Program-made: the position numbers and the translations under genes
The notes under the pieces: model-generated
Seen by the model: the letters and a program-made list of their open reading frames with translations, nothing else
Database searches by the model: none
What the model was told of the DNA's origin: nothing
In this document: piece after piece, positions 8,660-18,690 of the stretch
Layout: every line of letters begins with the position of its first letter
Numbering within the stretch: position 1 is the first letter of the stretch
Assembly (NCBI GenBank): GCA_029239875.1
Contig: JARBUD010000027.1
Coordinates: 4,290-68,289, forward strand
Reading direction: 5' to 3'
DNA length: 64,000 bases
Origin: Xanthobacteraceae bacterium
Lineage (GTDB): Bacteria; Pseudomonadota; Alphaproteobacteria; Rhizobiales; Xanthobacteraceae

Positions 8660-9406
8660 TCAGCGCGATATCAGCAGATGCCGGTTCAGCCGGCGCTCCA
8701 GCACGTCCCAGACGCGGCGGACCACCTCGACCATGAGCAGGTACAGCACCGCCGCCCAGAGATAGACCTCCATGTCGTAGGAGCGCGAGAAGGCGAGGCG
8801 GGTGACGCCCATCAGGTCGTAGACGGTGATGACCGACGCGATGGCGCTCGACTTGATCATCAGGATCAGCTCGTTGCCGAGCGGCCGCAGGCCGATGGCG
8901 ATGGCCTGCGGCAGGACCACCTTGCGATAGGCGAGGAAGCGCGACAGGCCGAGCGAGAACGCCGCCTCAACCTGCCCCGCCGGCAGGCTCTGTATGCCAC
9001 CGCGCAATATCTCCGACTGGTAGGCCGCGGTGTTGAGCGTGAAGGTGAACACCGCGCAGTTGAAGGCGTCGCGGAAGAACCACCACAGCCCGATATCGGT
9101 CAGCTGCTCGCGGAACTGGCCGGCGCCGTAATAGACGAGGAAGGTCTGCGCCAGCAGCGGCGTGCCGCGGAAGAAATAGGAATAGCCGAAGGCGAGGCGC
9201 GACAGGAACTTGCCGCCCTCCACCCGCGCCACGGCCAGCGGCAGCGCCAGCAGCGCGCCGAGGAACACCGAGATGCCGACCAGCTTCAGCGTCACCCAGA
9301 CGCCGTCGAGGAAGCGCGGCCCGTAACGCTCCATCAATTCGGTATTGAGGCCGAGATGTCCGACGACCGAAAGGAAGCCGTCGCCGATGGCGTGAAGAAG
9401 CTCCAT
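8660..9406 (-). CDS. Amino-acid ABC transporter permease (HisM-like)
   Basis: 248 aa polytopic permease. It follows a second permease and a polar amino-acid binding protein on the same strand. Confidence 0.85.
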   Translation of the reverse strand: MELLHAIGDGFLSVVGHLGLNTELMERYGPRFLDGVWVTLKLVGISVFLGALLALPLAVARVEGGKFLSRLAFGYSYFFRGTPLLAQTFLVYYGAGQFREQLTDIGLWWFFRDAFNCAVFTFTLNTAAYQSEILRGGIQSLPAGQVEAAFSLGLSRFLAYRKVVLPQAIAIGLRPLGNELILMIKSSAIASVITVYDLMGVTRLAFSRSYDMEVYLWAAVLYLLMVEVVRRVWDVLERRLNRHLLISR

Positions 9407-10128
9407 CAGTGGCCTCCCACCCGCTTGAAGCCGCGGGCCGCCCGGTCCTCCAGCTTGCCGAACACCACGCTCGAGGCACCGGAGAAGACGAGATAGATCA
9501 GGCAGGCGACGAGATAGAAGAAGAAGGGCTGCTTGGTCACGCCGACCGCGATGGCGGTCTGGCGCATCAGGTCGCTGATGGCGATGACCGAGACCAGCGA
9601 GGTGTCCTTCAGCAGCACCATCCAGTTGTTGGAGAGGCCGGGCAGGGCGACGCGCCAGAGCTGCGGGAAGGTGACGAGCCGGAAGGTGCGCCAGCCCGAC
9701 AGGCCGAGCGCGGCGGCGGCCTCCTTCTGGCCCTTCGGCACGGCGCGGATGGCGGCGAGCAGCACCTCGCTGGAGAAGGCGCCGAGCACGAGGCCGAGCG
9801 CCACCACGCCGGCGACGAACTGGTTCACCTCGACATGCGCGCCCTCGACGAAGTGCTCGGCGAGCTCGGTGAGCAGCATCTGCCCGCCATAGTAGACGAT
9901 GAACAGCGTCAGCAGTTCGGGCAGGCCGCGGAAGATGGTGGTGTAGAGATTGCCGAGGCCGCGCAGGATGGCGGAGCTGGAATCCTTCGCCAGCGCGATC
10001 ATGAGGCCGATGGCGATGCCGACCGGCAGGGTGGCGAGCGCCAGCTCGATGGTGAGCAGCGCGCCCTGCGCGATCTCGTCTCCCCAGCCGTCAGGGCCGA
10101 AGGAGAGCAGTCTGAGCAGGTCCAGCAT
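9406..10128 (-). CDS. Amino-acid ABC transporter permease (HisQ-like)
   Basis: 240 aa polytopic, with permease loop EAAAALGLSGWRTFRLVTFPQ. Its stop overlaps the next gene's start. Confidence 0.85.
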   Translation of the reverse strand: MLDLLRLLSFGPDGWGDEIAQGALLTIELALATLPVGIAIGLMIALAKDSSSAILRGLGNLYTTIFRGLPELLTLFIVYYGGQMLLTELAEHFVEGAHVEVNQFVAGVVALGLVLGAFSSEVLLAAIRAVPKGQKEAAAALGLSGWRTFRLVTFPQLWRVALPGLSNNWMVLLKDTSLVSVIAISDLMRQTAIAVGVTKQPFFFYLVACLIYLVFSGASSVVFGKLEDRAARGFKRVGGH

Positions 10129-10209
10129 GGCGGAAGAGGCGCTCCACGGTCGTGGGATGGGTGGCGCCGTTCCGGGAGCCTCTCCGGAACGGCGCCGCGG
10201 AGCGGTACG

Positions 10210-10995
10210 TCAGTAGACGCTGAAGGGGAAGTACTTCTCGTTGATCTTCTGGTAGGTGCCGTCGGCGCGGATCTCGTCGATCGCCTTGTTGAACATGGCG
10301 ACGAGGTCCTTGTCGTCCTTGCGGATCCCCACGCCCACGCCCTCGCCGAAATATTTCGGGTCGGTGTATTCGGCGCCGGTGAACTTGCAGCAGGCGCCGT
10401 CCTTGGTGTTCAGCCACTCCAGCAGCACCACCTTGTCGGCGAGCACGGCGTCGAGGCGGCCATTGGCGAGGTCGAGATTCGCTTCGTCCTGCTTGCCGTA
10501 GAGCTTCACCTCGGCGCCGGCCTTGGCGTAGACGTCCTCAAGATAGTTGGAGTGGATGGTCGAGCCCTGCGCGCCCAGGTTCTTGCCCTTCAGCGCGGCC
10601 GGCGAGGTGTCGGTGATCTTGGAATCCTTCGGCACGGCGAAGGTGGCGGGCGTCTTGTAGTACTTCTTGGAGAAGTCGATCTGCTTCTTGCGCTCCTCGG
10701 TGATCGACATCGAGGCGGCGATGGCGTCGTACTTGCCGGCCAGCAGCGCGGGGATGATGCCGTCCCAGTCCTGCGCCACGAAGGTGCAGGTGACCTTCAT
10801 CTTCTCGCACAGCGCCTTGGCGATATCGATGTCGAAGCCCTTGATCTCGTTGTTCTCGATATAGTTGAAGGGCGGGTAGGCGCCCTCGGTGCCGATGCGG
10901 ACGGTCTTCCACTCCTTGGCGGACGCGCCGCTCAGGGAGGCGCCCATCGTGGCGGCGGCGAGGATGGCCGCGGCGGCGAAGCGGGTGAGGCTCAT
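10210..10995 (-). CDS. Polar amino-acid (Lys/Arg/Orn/His-type) ABC substrate-binding protein
   Basis: Start MSLTRFAAAA at 10995, with a signal peptide. GTEGAYPPFNY and ITEERKKQIDFS motifs match family-3 binding proteins. Confidence 0.85.
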   Translation of the reverse strand: MSLTRFAAAAILAAATMGASLSGASAKEWKTVRIGTEGAYPPFNYIENNEIKGFDIDIAKALCEKMKVTCTFVAQDWDGIIPALLAGKYDAIAASMSITEERKKQIDFSKKYYKTPATFAVPKDSKITDTSPAALKGKNLGAQGSTIHSNYLEDVYAKAGAEVKLYGKQDEANLDLANGRLDAVLADKVVLLEWLNTKDGACCKFTGAEYTDPKYFGEGVGVGIRKDDKDLVAMFNKAIDEIRADGTYQKINEKYFPFSVY

Positions 10996-11236
10996 TCTGT
11001 TCCCCTCTGGAGGTGTCTCTGGGCCGGCTGTTGTTGTTTTCCGGCGATCCATGCTGGCACTTTTTTCGGAGAATGCGCAACGGGGATGCTGCAATCCTAG
11101 TCATAAAGTCGGGCTGACCCATTTATGTGCAGTGCGGCGCCATAAGCGCCGCCGATCACGCGACGGGCCGGGGCGGGTTGACGCTTCGCGCGCGCTGGTG
11201 TCTCACGGGCGTCAAGTCATTCGGGAGGAGCGCGAC

Positions 11237-12427
11237 ATGGCGACCGCAGACGACGTGAAGGCAAGGCTGGCGCAGGTCTCGGCGCCCGACGGACGGCCGG
11301 TCACCGAGACCGGGGCGTTGTCGGAAATCCTCGTCTCGGACGGCAAGGTCTACATGTCGATCACCGTGGACGCCACGCAGGCGCAGGCCTGGGAGCCGGT
11401 GCGCGCGGCGGTGGAGCGCACGGTGCGCGGCACGCCGGGCGTGACCTCGGCGCTGGTGGCGCTGACCGCGGAGCGCAAGGCCGGCTCGGCGCCGGCGGGC
11501 GGCACCTCGACCCAGCCGGTGCGCGTCTCCGGCCAGGGCGGCCAAGGCGGCGGCCACGCCGGCCATGCGCATGCCGGACATGTCCATGCCCAGCCGCCGG
11601 CCGATCCGCAGAAGGAGAGCTCCGGCCTGCCGGGCGTCGGCGCCATCATCGCGGTGGCCTCCGGCAAGGGCGGCGTCGGCAAGTCGACGCTGGCCGCCAA
11701 CCTCGCGCTCGGCCTCGCCTCTTCGGGGCTGAGGGTCGGCCTTCTCGACGCCGACATCTACGGCCCCTCCGTGCCCCGGCTCATGGGCCTGAAGGGCCGG
11801 CCGGACGTGCAGGGGCGGATGATCACGCCGATGCAGGCCTTCGGCCTCAAAGTGATGTCCATCGGCTTCCTCGTCGACGAGGAGACGCCGATGATCTGGC
11901 GCGGGCCGATGGTGATGTCGGCGATCAGCCAGCTTCTCAAGGAAGTGAACTGGGCGCCGCTCGACGTGCTGGTGGTCGACATGCCGCCCGGCACTGGCGA
12001 CGCGCAGCTCACCATGGCCCAGCAGGTGCCGCTCGCCGGCGCGGTGATCGTCTCCACCCCGCAAGACCTGGCACTGATCGACGCGCGGCGCGGCATCGCC
12101 ATGTTCGAGAAGGTCAACGTGCCCGTCCTCGGCATCGTCGAGAACATGAGCTACTTCCTCTGCCCGCATTGCGGCGGGCGCTCGGACATCTTCGGCCATG
12201 GCGGCGCACGCCACGAGGCGCAGCGCTTCAACGTGCCCTTCCTCGGCGAGGTGCCGCTACACCTGTCGATCCGCGAGACCTCGGATGCCGGCCTGCCGAT
12301 CGTGGCGACGCGCCCGGACAGTCACGAGGCGCAGATCTACCGCGACATCGCCAATTCCGTGCGCGCCTCGCTGGCCGGCCGGAAGGCGAGCAGCCGCCCC
12401 GCGCCGCGGATCGTGATGGAGGGCTAG
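11237..12427 (+). CDS. apbC: Mrp/NBP35 (ApbC) iron-sulfur cluster carrier ATPase
   Basis: ATG at 11237 preceded by GGGAGGAG. N-terminal DUF59-like domain, deviant Walker A ASGKGGVGKST, and CPHCG motif. The track ORF 10889-12427 is over-extended. Confidence 0.85.
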   Translation: MATADDVKARLAQVSAPDGRPVTETGALSEILVSDGKVYMSITVDATQAQAWEPVRAAVERTVRGTPGVTSALVALTAERKAGSAPAGGTSTQPVRVSGQGGQGGGHAGHAHAGHVHAQPPADPQKESSGLPGVGAIIAVASGKGGVGKSTLAANLALGLASSGLRVGLLDADIYGPSVPRLMGLKGRPDVQGRMITPMQAFGLKVMSIGFLVDEETPMIWRGPMVMSAISQLLKEVNWAPLDVLVVDMPPGTGDAQLTMAQQVPLAGAVIVSTPQDLALIDARRGIAMFEKVNVPVLGIVENMSYFLCPHCGGRSDIFGHGGARHEAQRFNVPFLGEVPLHLSIRETSDAGLPIVATRPDSHEAQIYRDIANSVRASLAGRKASSRPAPRIVMEG

Positions 12428-13257
12428 GCCACACCGAGGCAGATAGCGCCGAGCGCCACGGTGGCGCAGGCGAGCATGCGCCGCGGCGTCAGCCTCTCGC
12501 CGAGGAACAGCCGGCCGATCAGTGCCGCGAAGACGACGCTGGTCTCGCGCAGCGCCGTGATCGGGCCGGCCGGCGCGAGCGCGAAGGCGGCCACCACCGC
12601 GACGTAGGCGAGCAGCGCGACGACGCCGCCCGCCAGCGCCTTCCAGGTCTCGGGCGAGCGCAGGTCGAGCGCGAGCCTGCCGCGCGCGAGCACGAAAGTC
12701 GCCGGCAGAAGAGCGCCGAAGATCAGCAGCACCCACGCCGTATAGGCGCCGGCATTGCCGGCAAGCCGGACGCCGATGGCATCGACCGTGGCGTAGGCGG
12801 CGACGAGGGCGCCCGTCGCTAGCGCATACAGGATGGATCGGGCGGGCGCCCGTCCGGCCCCGCCTGCGAGGCCCATGATGCCCGCCGCGACGAGGGCGAC
12901 GCCCGCCGTCTGTCCCAGCCCGAGGCGCTGGCCGGCGAAGAGAAGGCCGCCCAGCGTTACCAGCAGCGGGACCGTGCCGCGCACGATCGGGTAGACCTGC
13001 CCCAGCTCGCCATGCCGGTAGGCGGCGACGAGGAACAGGGTGTAGCCGAGCTGAAGCACCGCCGAGAACGCGATATAGGGCCAGGCCGCGGCCTCCGGGA
13101 GCGGGAATGCGAGTGCGAGAGGCACGGCCGCAACGGTGCCGGCGATGCTCATCACCGTGACCGTCCACAGCCGGTCGGCGCCGTTGCGCAGGAAGGCGTT
13201 CCACGATGCGTGCAGCAGGGCGGCGAACAGGGCAAGGGAGATGGCGGCTGCGCTCAT
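12424..13257 (-). CDS. DMT (EamA-like) family transporter
   Basis: 277 aa with about 10 hydrophobic spans. Start MSAAAISLALF at 13257 overlaps the TetR stop (ATGA). Confidence 0.8.
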   Translation of the reverse strand: MSAAAISLALFAALLHASWNAFLRNGADRLWTVTVMSIAGTVAAVPLALAFPLPEAAAWPYIAFSAVLQLGYTLFLVAAYRHGELGQVYPIVRGTVPLLVTLGGLLFAGQRLGLGQTAGVALVAAGIMGLAGGAGRAPARSILYALATGALVAAYATVDAIGVRLAGNAGAYTAWVLLIFGALLPATFVLARGRLALDLRSPETWKALAGGVVALLAYVAVVAAFALAPAGPITALRETSVVFAALIGRLFLGERLTPRRMLACATVALGAICLGVA

Positions 13258-13835
13258 GGCTGCACCGGCGCGGCCATGAGGGCGGAGGCGGCGCGCCGGG
13301 CCTCGATGATGGCGGCGGGACCTTGTCCCGCCTGTGCCAGCAGAGTGGCTCCCTCGATCAGCATCAGCAGCGCGGTGGCGAGGCCCTGTGCGCAGGCCGG
13401 CGGGACGGATGCTTCGAGGATGCGGCGCATATGCGCCCCGAGATCGTCCTTCTGGCGGGCGGCGGCCTTGAATATCGGATGCGCCGGGTCGCCGAACTCC
13501 GCCAGCGCGTGCGCGAACAGGCAGCCGTGGAAGTCCGGGTTGGCGAACCAGGTGCCGTACCAGTCGAAGAGGGCCGCTATCTTCTGCTCCGGCGTCTCCA
13601 CCCGCGCGGCGAGCCGGTCGAGCCTTTGGGCGAAGCGCTTCGCCCGCCAGTCGAGCACGGCGAGGATGAGATCGTCCTTGGCCGGGAAGTGGCGGTACAT
13701 GGTCATCTTCGCCACCTGCGCCTCGGCGATGATCCGGTCGATGCCGGTGGCGTGGAAGCCGTCGCGCCTGAACAACCGATAGGCCGTCTCGACAATCCGG
13801 CGGCGCTTTCCGGAGAGCGGTTCGGCGGCGGCCAT
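13254..13835 (-). CDS. TetR/AcrR family transcriptional regulator
   Basis: Start MAAAEPLSGKRRRIVE at 13835, with the HTH region FRRDGFHATGIDRIIAEAQVAKMTMYRHF. Confidence 0.85.
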   Translation of the reverse strand: MAAAEPLSGKRRRIVETAYRLFRRDGFHATGIDRIIAEAQVAKMTMYRHFPAKDDLILAVLDWRAKRFAQRLDRLAARVETPEQKIAALFDWYGTWFANPDFHGCLFAHALAEFGDPAHPIFKAAARQKDDLGAHMRRILEASVPPACAQGLATALLMLIEGATLLAQAGQGPAAIIEARRAASALMAAPVQP

Positions 13836-13912
13836 GGTTCGACCCGAAGTGATGAGACAGGTCTGTCTCATACGAGTTTCCGCCCATAGGGTCAATGGGG
13901 AGGAAGGGGCCA

Positions 13913-14734
13913 TCAGACGGCTGGCGGCGCGAAGAAGCTCTCCAGCTCGGCGAAGCCCATCGCTGTAGTCGCCAGTTCGAAGGTGCCGCTGGTGCGCATC
14001 TCGCGCGCGGCCCGCGCAAAGCTGCCATAGGCGAGCCGCGCGAGGGTCGAGCCGATGCTGATGCGACGGACGCCCGCCTCGGCCAGCTCGGCCGCGGTGA
14101 AGCGCGCGGCGCCGATGCCGATGACGACGTTGACCGGCTTGCCGACGGCGGAGCACACGATTCGCACGGCGTGGAGGTGCGGCAGGCCCGGTGCGTAGAG
14201 CACGTCCGCGCCGGCAGCCTCGAAGGCCTGCAGCCGGCGGATGGTGTCGTCGAGGTCCGGCCGTCCCCACAGGAAGTTCTCGCAGCGCGCGGTCAGCACG
14301 AAATCCTCGGGCAGGGCGTTGCGCGCCTCGACGGCGGCCGTGATGCGCTCGACCGCGAGGGTGAAGTCGTAGATCGGCGCCTCCGTCCGCCCGGTATGGT
14401 CTTCCAGCGAGCCGCCGGCGAGGCCGATTCCGGCCGCGGCGCGCATCGTCTCCGCCGCGCTTTCCGGGCTGTCGCCGAAGCCCTTCTCAAGGTCGGCCGA
14501 TACCGGCAGCGGGGTGGCGCCGACGATGCTGGCACAATGCGCCAGCGTGTCCTCAGGCGAGGTCTGTCCTTCCAGTACGCCACGCGAGAAGGCCATGCCG
14601 GCGCTCGTGGTCGCCAGCGCGGGAAAGCCGAGGGAGGCGAGGATGCGCGCGGTGCCGACATCCCACGGGTTCGGCAGGATGAAGGCACCGGGACCGTCAT
14701 GGAGAGCGCGGAAGGCGGCGGCTTTCGTGGACAT
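13913..14734 (-). CDS. Isocitrate lyase/PEP mutase family protein (2-methylisocitrate lyase-like)
   Basis: 273 aa. LPNPWDVGTARI, PVSADLEKGFG and GGSLEDH blocks are typical of the ICL/PEPM superfamily. Confidence 0.8.
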   Translation of the reverse strand: MSTKAAAFRALHDGPGAFILPNPWDVGTARILASLGFPALATTSAGMAFSRGVLEGQTSPEDTLAHCASIVGATPLPVSADLEKGFGDSPESAAETMRAAAGIGLAGGSLEDHTGRTEAPIYDFTLAVERITAAVEARNALPEDFVLTARCENFLWGRPDLDDTIRRLQAFEAAGADVLYAPGLPHLHAVRIVCSAVGKPVNVVIGIGAARFTAAELAEAGVRRISIGSTLARLAYGSFARAAREMRTSGTFELATTAMGFAELESFFAPPAV

Positions 14735-14952
14735 CGGCTTACTCCGGGAGAGGTTGGGCGACCCTGACGTCAGATGTGGAACATAGCAAGAACATGGATG
14801 GGGTTACCCGAGCGCGACGGTGGGATGCGGGAGAGACGCTCTGACAAAAGGCGCAGCCCGCCCGCGGTTGCGCGGCCTGAAAGCGTGGCGTACCAGTAGG
14901 TCAACCAAGCAATCCGTGCGTGGAGCGCGCCAATGCGCCAACCAGGCCGTGA

Positions 14953-16040
<1,088 letters not shown>

Positions 16041-16054
16041 GCTGAACCATTAAT

Positions 16055-16092
16055 CGTCATCCCGGAGCGGCCTGCGGCCGTCCGGGATGACG
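16055..16092. repeat. Family B hairpin repeat (GTCATCCCGGA...TCCGGGATGAC)
   Basis: CGTCATCCCGGAGCGGCCTGCGGCCGTCCGGGATGACG, a perfect 12-bp stem. Confidence 0.8.
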
Positions 16093-16175
16093 ACTATGTA
16101 AAGAGGGCTTTCGTCGGGTTGCCCTGCACGGCCGGCTGTTGCAAACATCCCCGCCCGCCCCGCAGGGATGACCTC

Positions 16176-17264
16176 ATGAAGCGCCGCCAGTTCCTCCGCA
16201 CCGCCGCTCTCGCCGCTCCGGCGACCGCGATCGCCGCCCCGGCGGTCGCCCAGTCGGCGCCGCAGGTGCGCTGGCGCCTCACCTCCAGCATGCCCAAGGT
16301 GCTGGACACCATCTTCGGCGCCAACGAGCTGGTGTCGAAATATGTGAGCGAGGCGACCGACGGGCGCTTCACCATCCAGAACTTCGCCGCCGGCGAGATC
16401 GTGCCGGGGCTGCAGGCGCTTGACGCGGTGCAGAACGGCACGGTCGAGGTCGCCCAAACGCCGCTCTACTATTATACCGGCAAAGACCCGTCCTTCGCCT
16501 GCTTCACCACCACGCCCTTCGGGCTCAACGCCCGCCAGCAGAACGCCTGGTTCTACCATGGCGGCGGGCGCGAGCTGCAGGACGAGTTCCTCGCCAAATA
16601 CAACCTCGTCGGCTTCCTCGGCGGCAATACCGGCACCCAGATGGGCGGCTGGTTCCGCAAGGAGGTGAAGGACCTCGCCGACTTCAAGGGGCTGAAGTTC
16701 CGCATCGGCGGCATCGCCGGGCAGGTGGTGGCGAAGCTCGGCGTGGTGCCGCAGCAGATCGCGCCGGGCGACATCTATGCCGCGCTGGAGAAGGGCACCA
16801 TCGACGCCTGCGAATGGGTCGGGCCCTATGACGACGAGAAGCTCGGCTTCGTGCGCGTCGCGCCCTACTACTACTATCCCGGCTGGTGGGACGGCGGCCC
16901 GACCATGAACGTCGTCGTCGACCGCACCAAGTGGAACGGCCTGCCCAGATCCTATCAGGCGATCTTCGAGGCGGCCGTTGCCTACGCGAACGCCGACATG
17001 CTGGCCAAGTACGACGCCCGCAACCCGGCGGCGCTGCGCCGGCTGGTGGCGGCTGGCGCGCAGCTCAAGCCCTTCCCGCAGAGCTTCCTCGACGCCTCCT
17101 GGGCCGCCTCGAACGAGCTTTTCGCCGAGATCGGCGCCAAGAACGCCGGCTTCAAGAAGATCATGGATTCGCTGATCGCCTTCCGGAACGAGGAATATCT
17201 CTGGTGGCAGGTCGGCGAATACCCCTATGACGGCTACATGATCCGCGCCCGCTCGCGGGGGTGA
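16176..17264 (+). CDS. TRAP-type periplasmic solute-binding protein (COG4663-like), Tat signal
   Basis: Start MKRRQFLRTAALAAPATAIAAPAVAQ (twin-arginine signal). Full-length paralogue of 17451-18560. Confidence 0.85.
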   Translation: MKRRQFLRTAALAAPATAIAAPAVAQSAPQVRWRLTSSMPKVLDTIFGANELVSKYVSEATDGRFTIQNFAAGEIVPGLQALDAVQNGTVEVAQTPLYYYTGKDPSFACFTTTPFGLNARQQNAWFYHGGGRELQDEFLAKYNLVGFLGGNTGTQMGGWFRKEVKDLADFKGLKFRIGGIAGQVVAKLGVVPQQIAPGDIYAALEKGTIDACEWVGPYDDEKLGFVRVAPYYYYPGWWDGGPTMNVVVDRTKWNGLPRSYQAIFEAAVAYANADMLAKYDARNPAALRRLVAAGAQLKPFPQSFLDASWAASNELFAEIGAKNAGFKKIMDSLIAFRNEEYLWWQVGEYPYDGYMIRARSRG

Positions 17265-17280
17265 CGTCGCTCGGTTGCAA

Positions 17281-17413
17281 CATCCTTCGAGGCCCGGCTG
17301 CGCCGGGTACCTCAGGATGAGGTCGTTTCTGGATGGACCTCATCCTGAGGTGCGAGCCCACGGGTCTTGCCTTTGGCAAGCCCGAGGACAGGCTCCACAA
17401 GCCTCGAAGGATG
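17281..17413. repeat. Family A repeat, two half-units in outward orientation
   Basis: CATCCTTCGAGG...CACCTCAGGATGAGG, then CCTCATCCTGAGGTGC...CCTCGAAGGATG. Confidence 0.85.
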
Positions 17414-17450
17414 CTGAAGCAGGGCAAGTGACAAGAAAAGGGAAACGCCG

Positions 17451-18560
17451 ATGCCGACCTCGACCTCCCGCCGCCGCCTCATCAAGGGGGCCGGCCTCGC
17501 CGGTGCCGCGGCCGCCGCTACGGCCGTCGCCGCTCCGGCCATCGCCCAGCCCGAGCCGACCGTGCGCTGGTGCCTGACCTCGAGCTACCCGAAGTCGCTC
17601 GACACCATCTACGGCTCCTCGACGCTGCTAGCGAAATATGTCGGCGAGGCCACTGACGGGCGCTTCACCATCGACGTCTTCGCGCCGGGCGAGCTCGTGC
17701 CGGGGCTGCAGGCGCTCGACGCGGTACAGAACCACACCGTCGAGGTCGCCCAGACCGCGCTCTACTACTACATCGGCAAGAACCCAGCCTTCGCGCCCTT
17801 CACCACTCTGCCCTTCGGGCTGAATGCCCGCCAGCAGACGGCGTGGCTCTATCATGGCGGCGGGCTGGAGCTGCAGAACGCCTTCCTCGCCAAGAGCAAC
17901 GTCATCGGCTTCGCTGGCGGCAATACTGGCGCGCAGATGGGCGGCTGGTTCCGCAAGGAGATCAAGACCGTCGCCGACCTCAAGGGCCTGAAGATGCGCC
18001 TGCCGGGGATCGCCGGGCAGGTGCTGGCGCGGCTCGGGCTGGTGCCGCAGAACCTCGCCGGCGGCGACATCTACCCGGCGCTGGAGAAGGGCACCATCGA
18101 CGCGGCCGAGTTCGTCGGGCCGGTGGACGACGAGAAGCTCGGCTTCAACCGGGTGGCGCCCTATTACTACTATCCCGGCTGGTGGGAGGGTGGCCCGACC
18201 ATCCACTTCATCGCCAATCTGCAGGCCTGGAACGAGCTGCCGCGGCACTATCAGGCGGCGTTCGAGGCGGCGGCGGCCTATGCGAACGCCGATATGCTGG
18301 CGAAGTACGATGCCCGCAACCCGGCGGCGCTGCGCCGGCTGGTGGCGGGCGGGGCGCAGCTTCGCCCCTTCCCGGCGGAGGTCATGGACGCCTCCTACAA
18401 GGAGAACACCGCGCTCATGGCGGAGATTTCCGCCAAGAACGCCGAGTTCAAGACGATCTACGAGTCGATGCTCGCCTTCCGCAACGAGGAGTACCTGTGG
18501 TGGCAGGTCGGCGAGTATCCCTATGACGGCTACATGATCCGCGCCCGCACCCGCGGGTGA
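17451..18560 (+). CDS. TRAP-type periplasmic solute-binding protein (COG4663-like), Tat signal
   Basis: 369 aa, starting MPTSTSRRRLIKGAGLAGAAAA. Collinear with the two upstream paralogues. Confidence 0.85.
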   Translation: MPTSTSRRRLIKGAGLAGAAAAATAVAAPAIAQPEPTVRWCLTSSYPKSLDTIYGSSTLLAKYVGEATDGRFTIDVFAPGELVPGLQALDAVQNHTVEVAQTALYYYIGKNPAFAPFTTLPFGLNARQQTAWLYHGGGLELQNAFLAKSNVIGFAGGNTGAQMGGWFRKEIKTVADLKGLKMRLPGIAGQVLARLGLVPQNLAGGDIYPALEKGTIDAAEFVGPVDDEKLGFNRVAPYYYYPGWWEGGPTIHFIANLQAWNELPRHYQAAFEAAAAYANADMLAKYDARNPAALRRLVAGGAQLRPFPAEVMDASYKENTALMAEISAKNAEFKTIYESMLAFRNEEYLWWQVGEYPYDGYMIRARTRG

Positions 18561-18580
18561 GGGGAGGCCTGCCCCACAAC

Positions 18581-18676
18581 GTCATCCCGGAATTGCCACG
18601 GGCAATATCCGGGACCGCTGGCAAGAAGAGATCGGCACGCGATCCCGGCTCTCCGCTTCGCTGCGGCCGGGATGAC
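18581..18676. repeat. Family B repeat (long form)
   Basis: GTCATCCCGGAATTGCC...GATCCCGGCTCTCCGCTTCGCTGCGGCCGGGATGAC. Same architecture as 22939-23025 and 42452-42506. Confidence 0.8.
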
Positions 18677-18690
18677 GTCTGAGCCGCGGC

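Noticed and set aside
10889-11236. N-terminal extensions of track ORFs, for example 10889-12427 for apbC. The same issue affects 3557-4609, 4282-4776, 4467-5486, 12424-14028, 13254-14270, 19732-21072, 32093-33691, 33706-35238, 37257-38738 and 59585-61108.
   Set aside because: The extensions cross divergent promoters or neighbouring genes, are Arg/Pro-rich, and bypass internal starts that have Shine-Dalgarno sequences and give family-typical N-termini or signal peptides.
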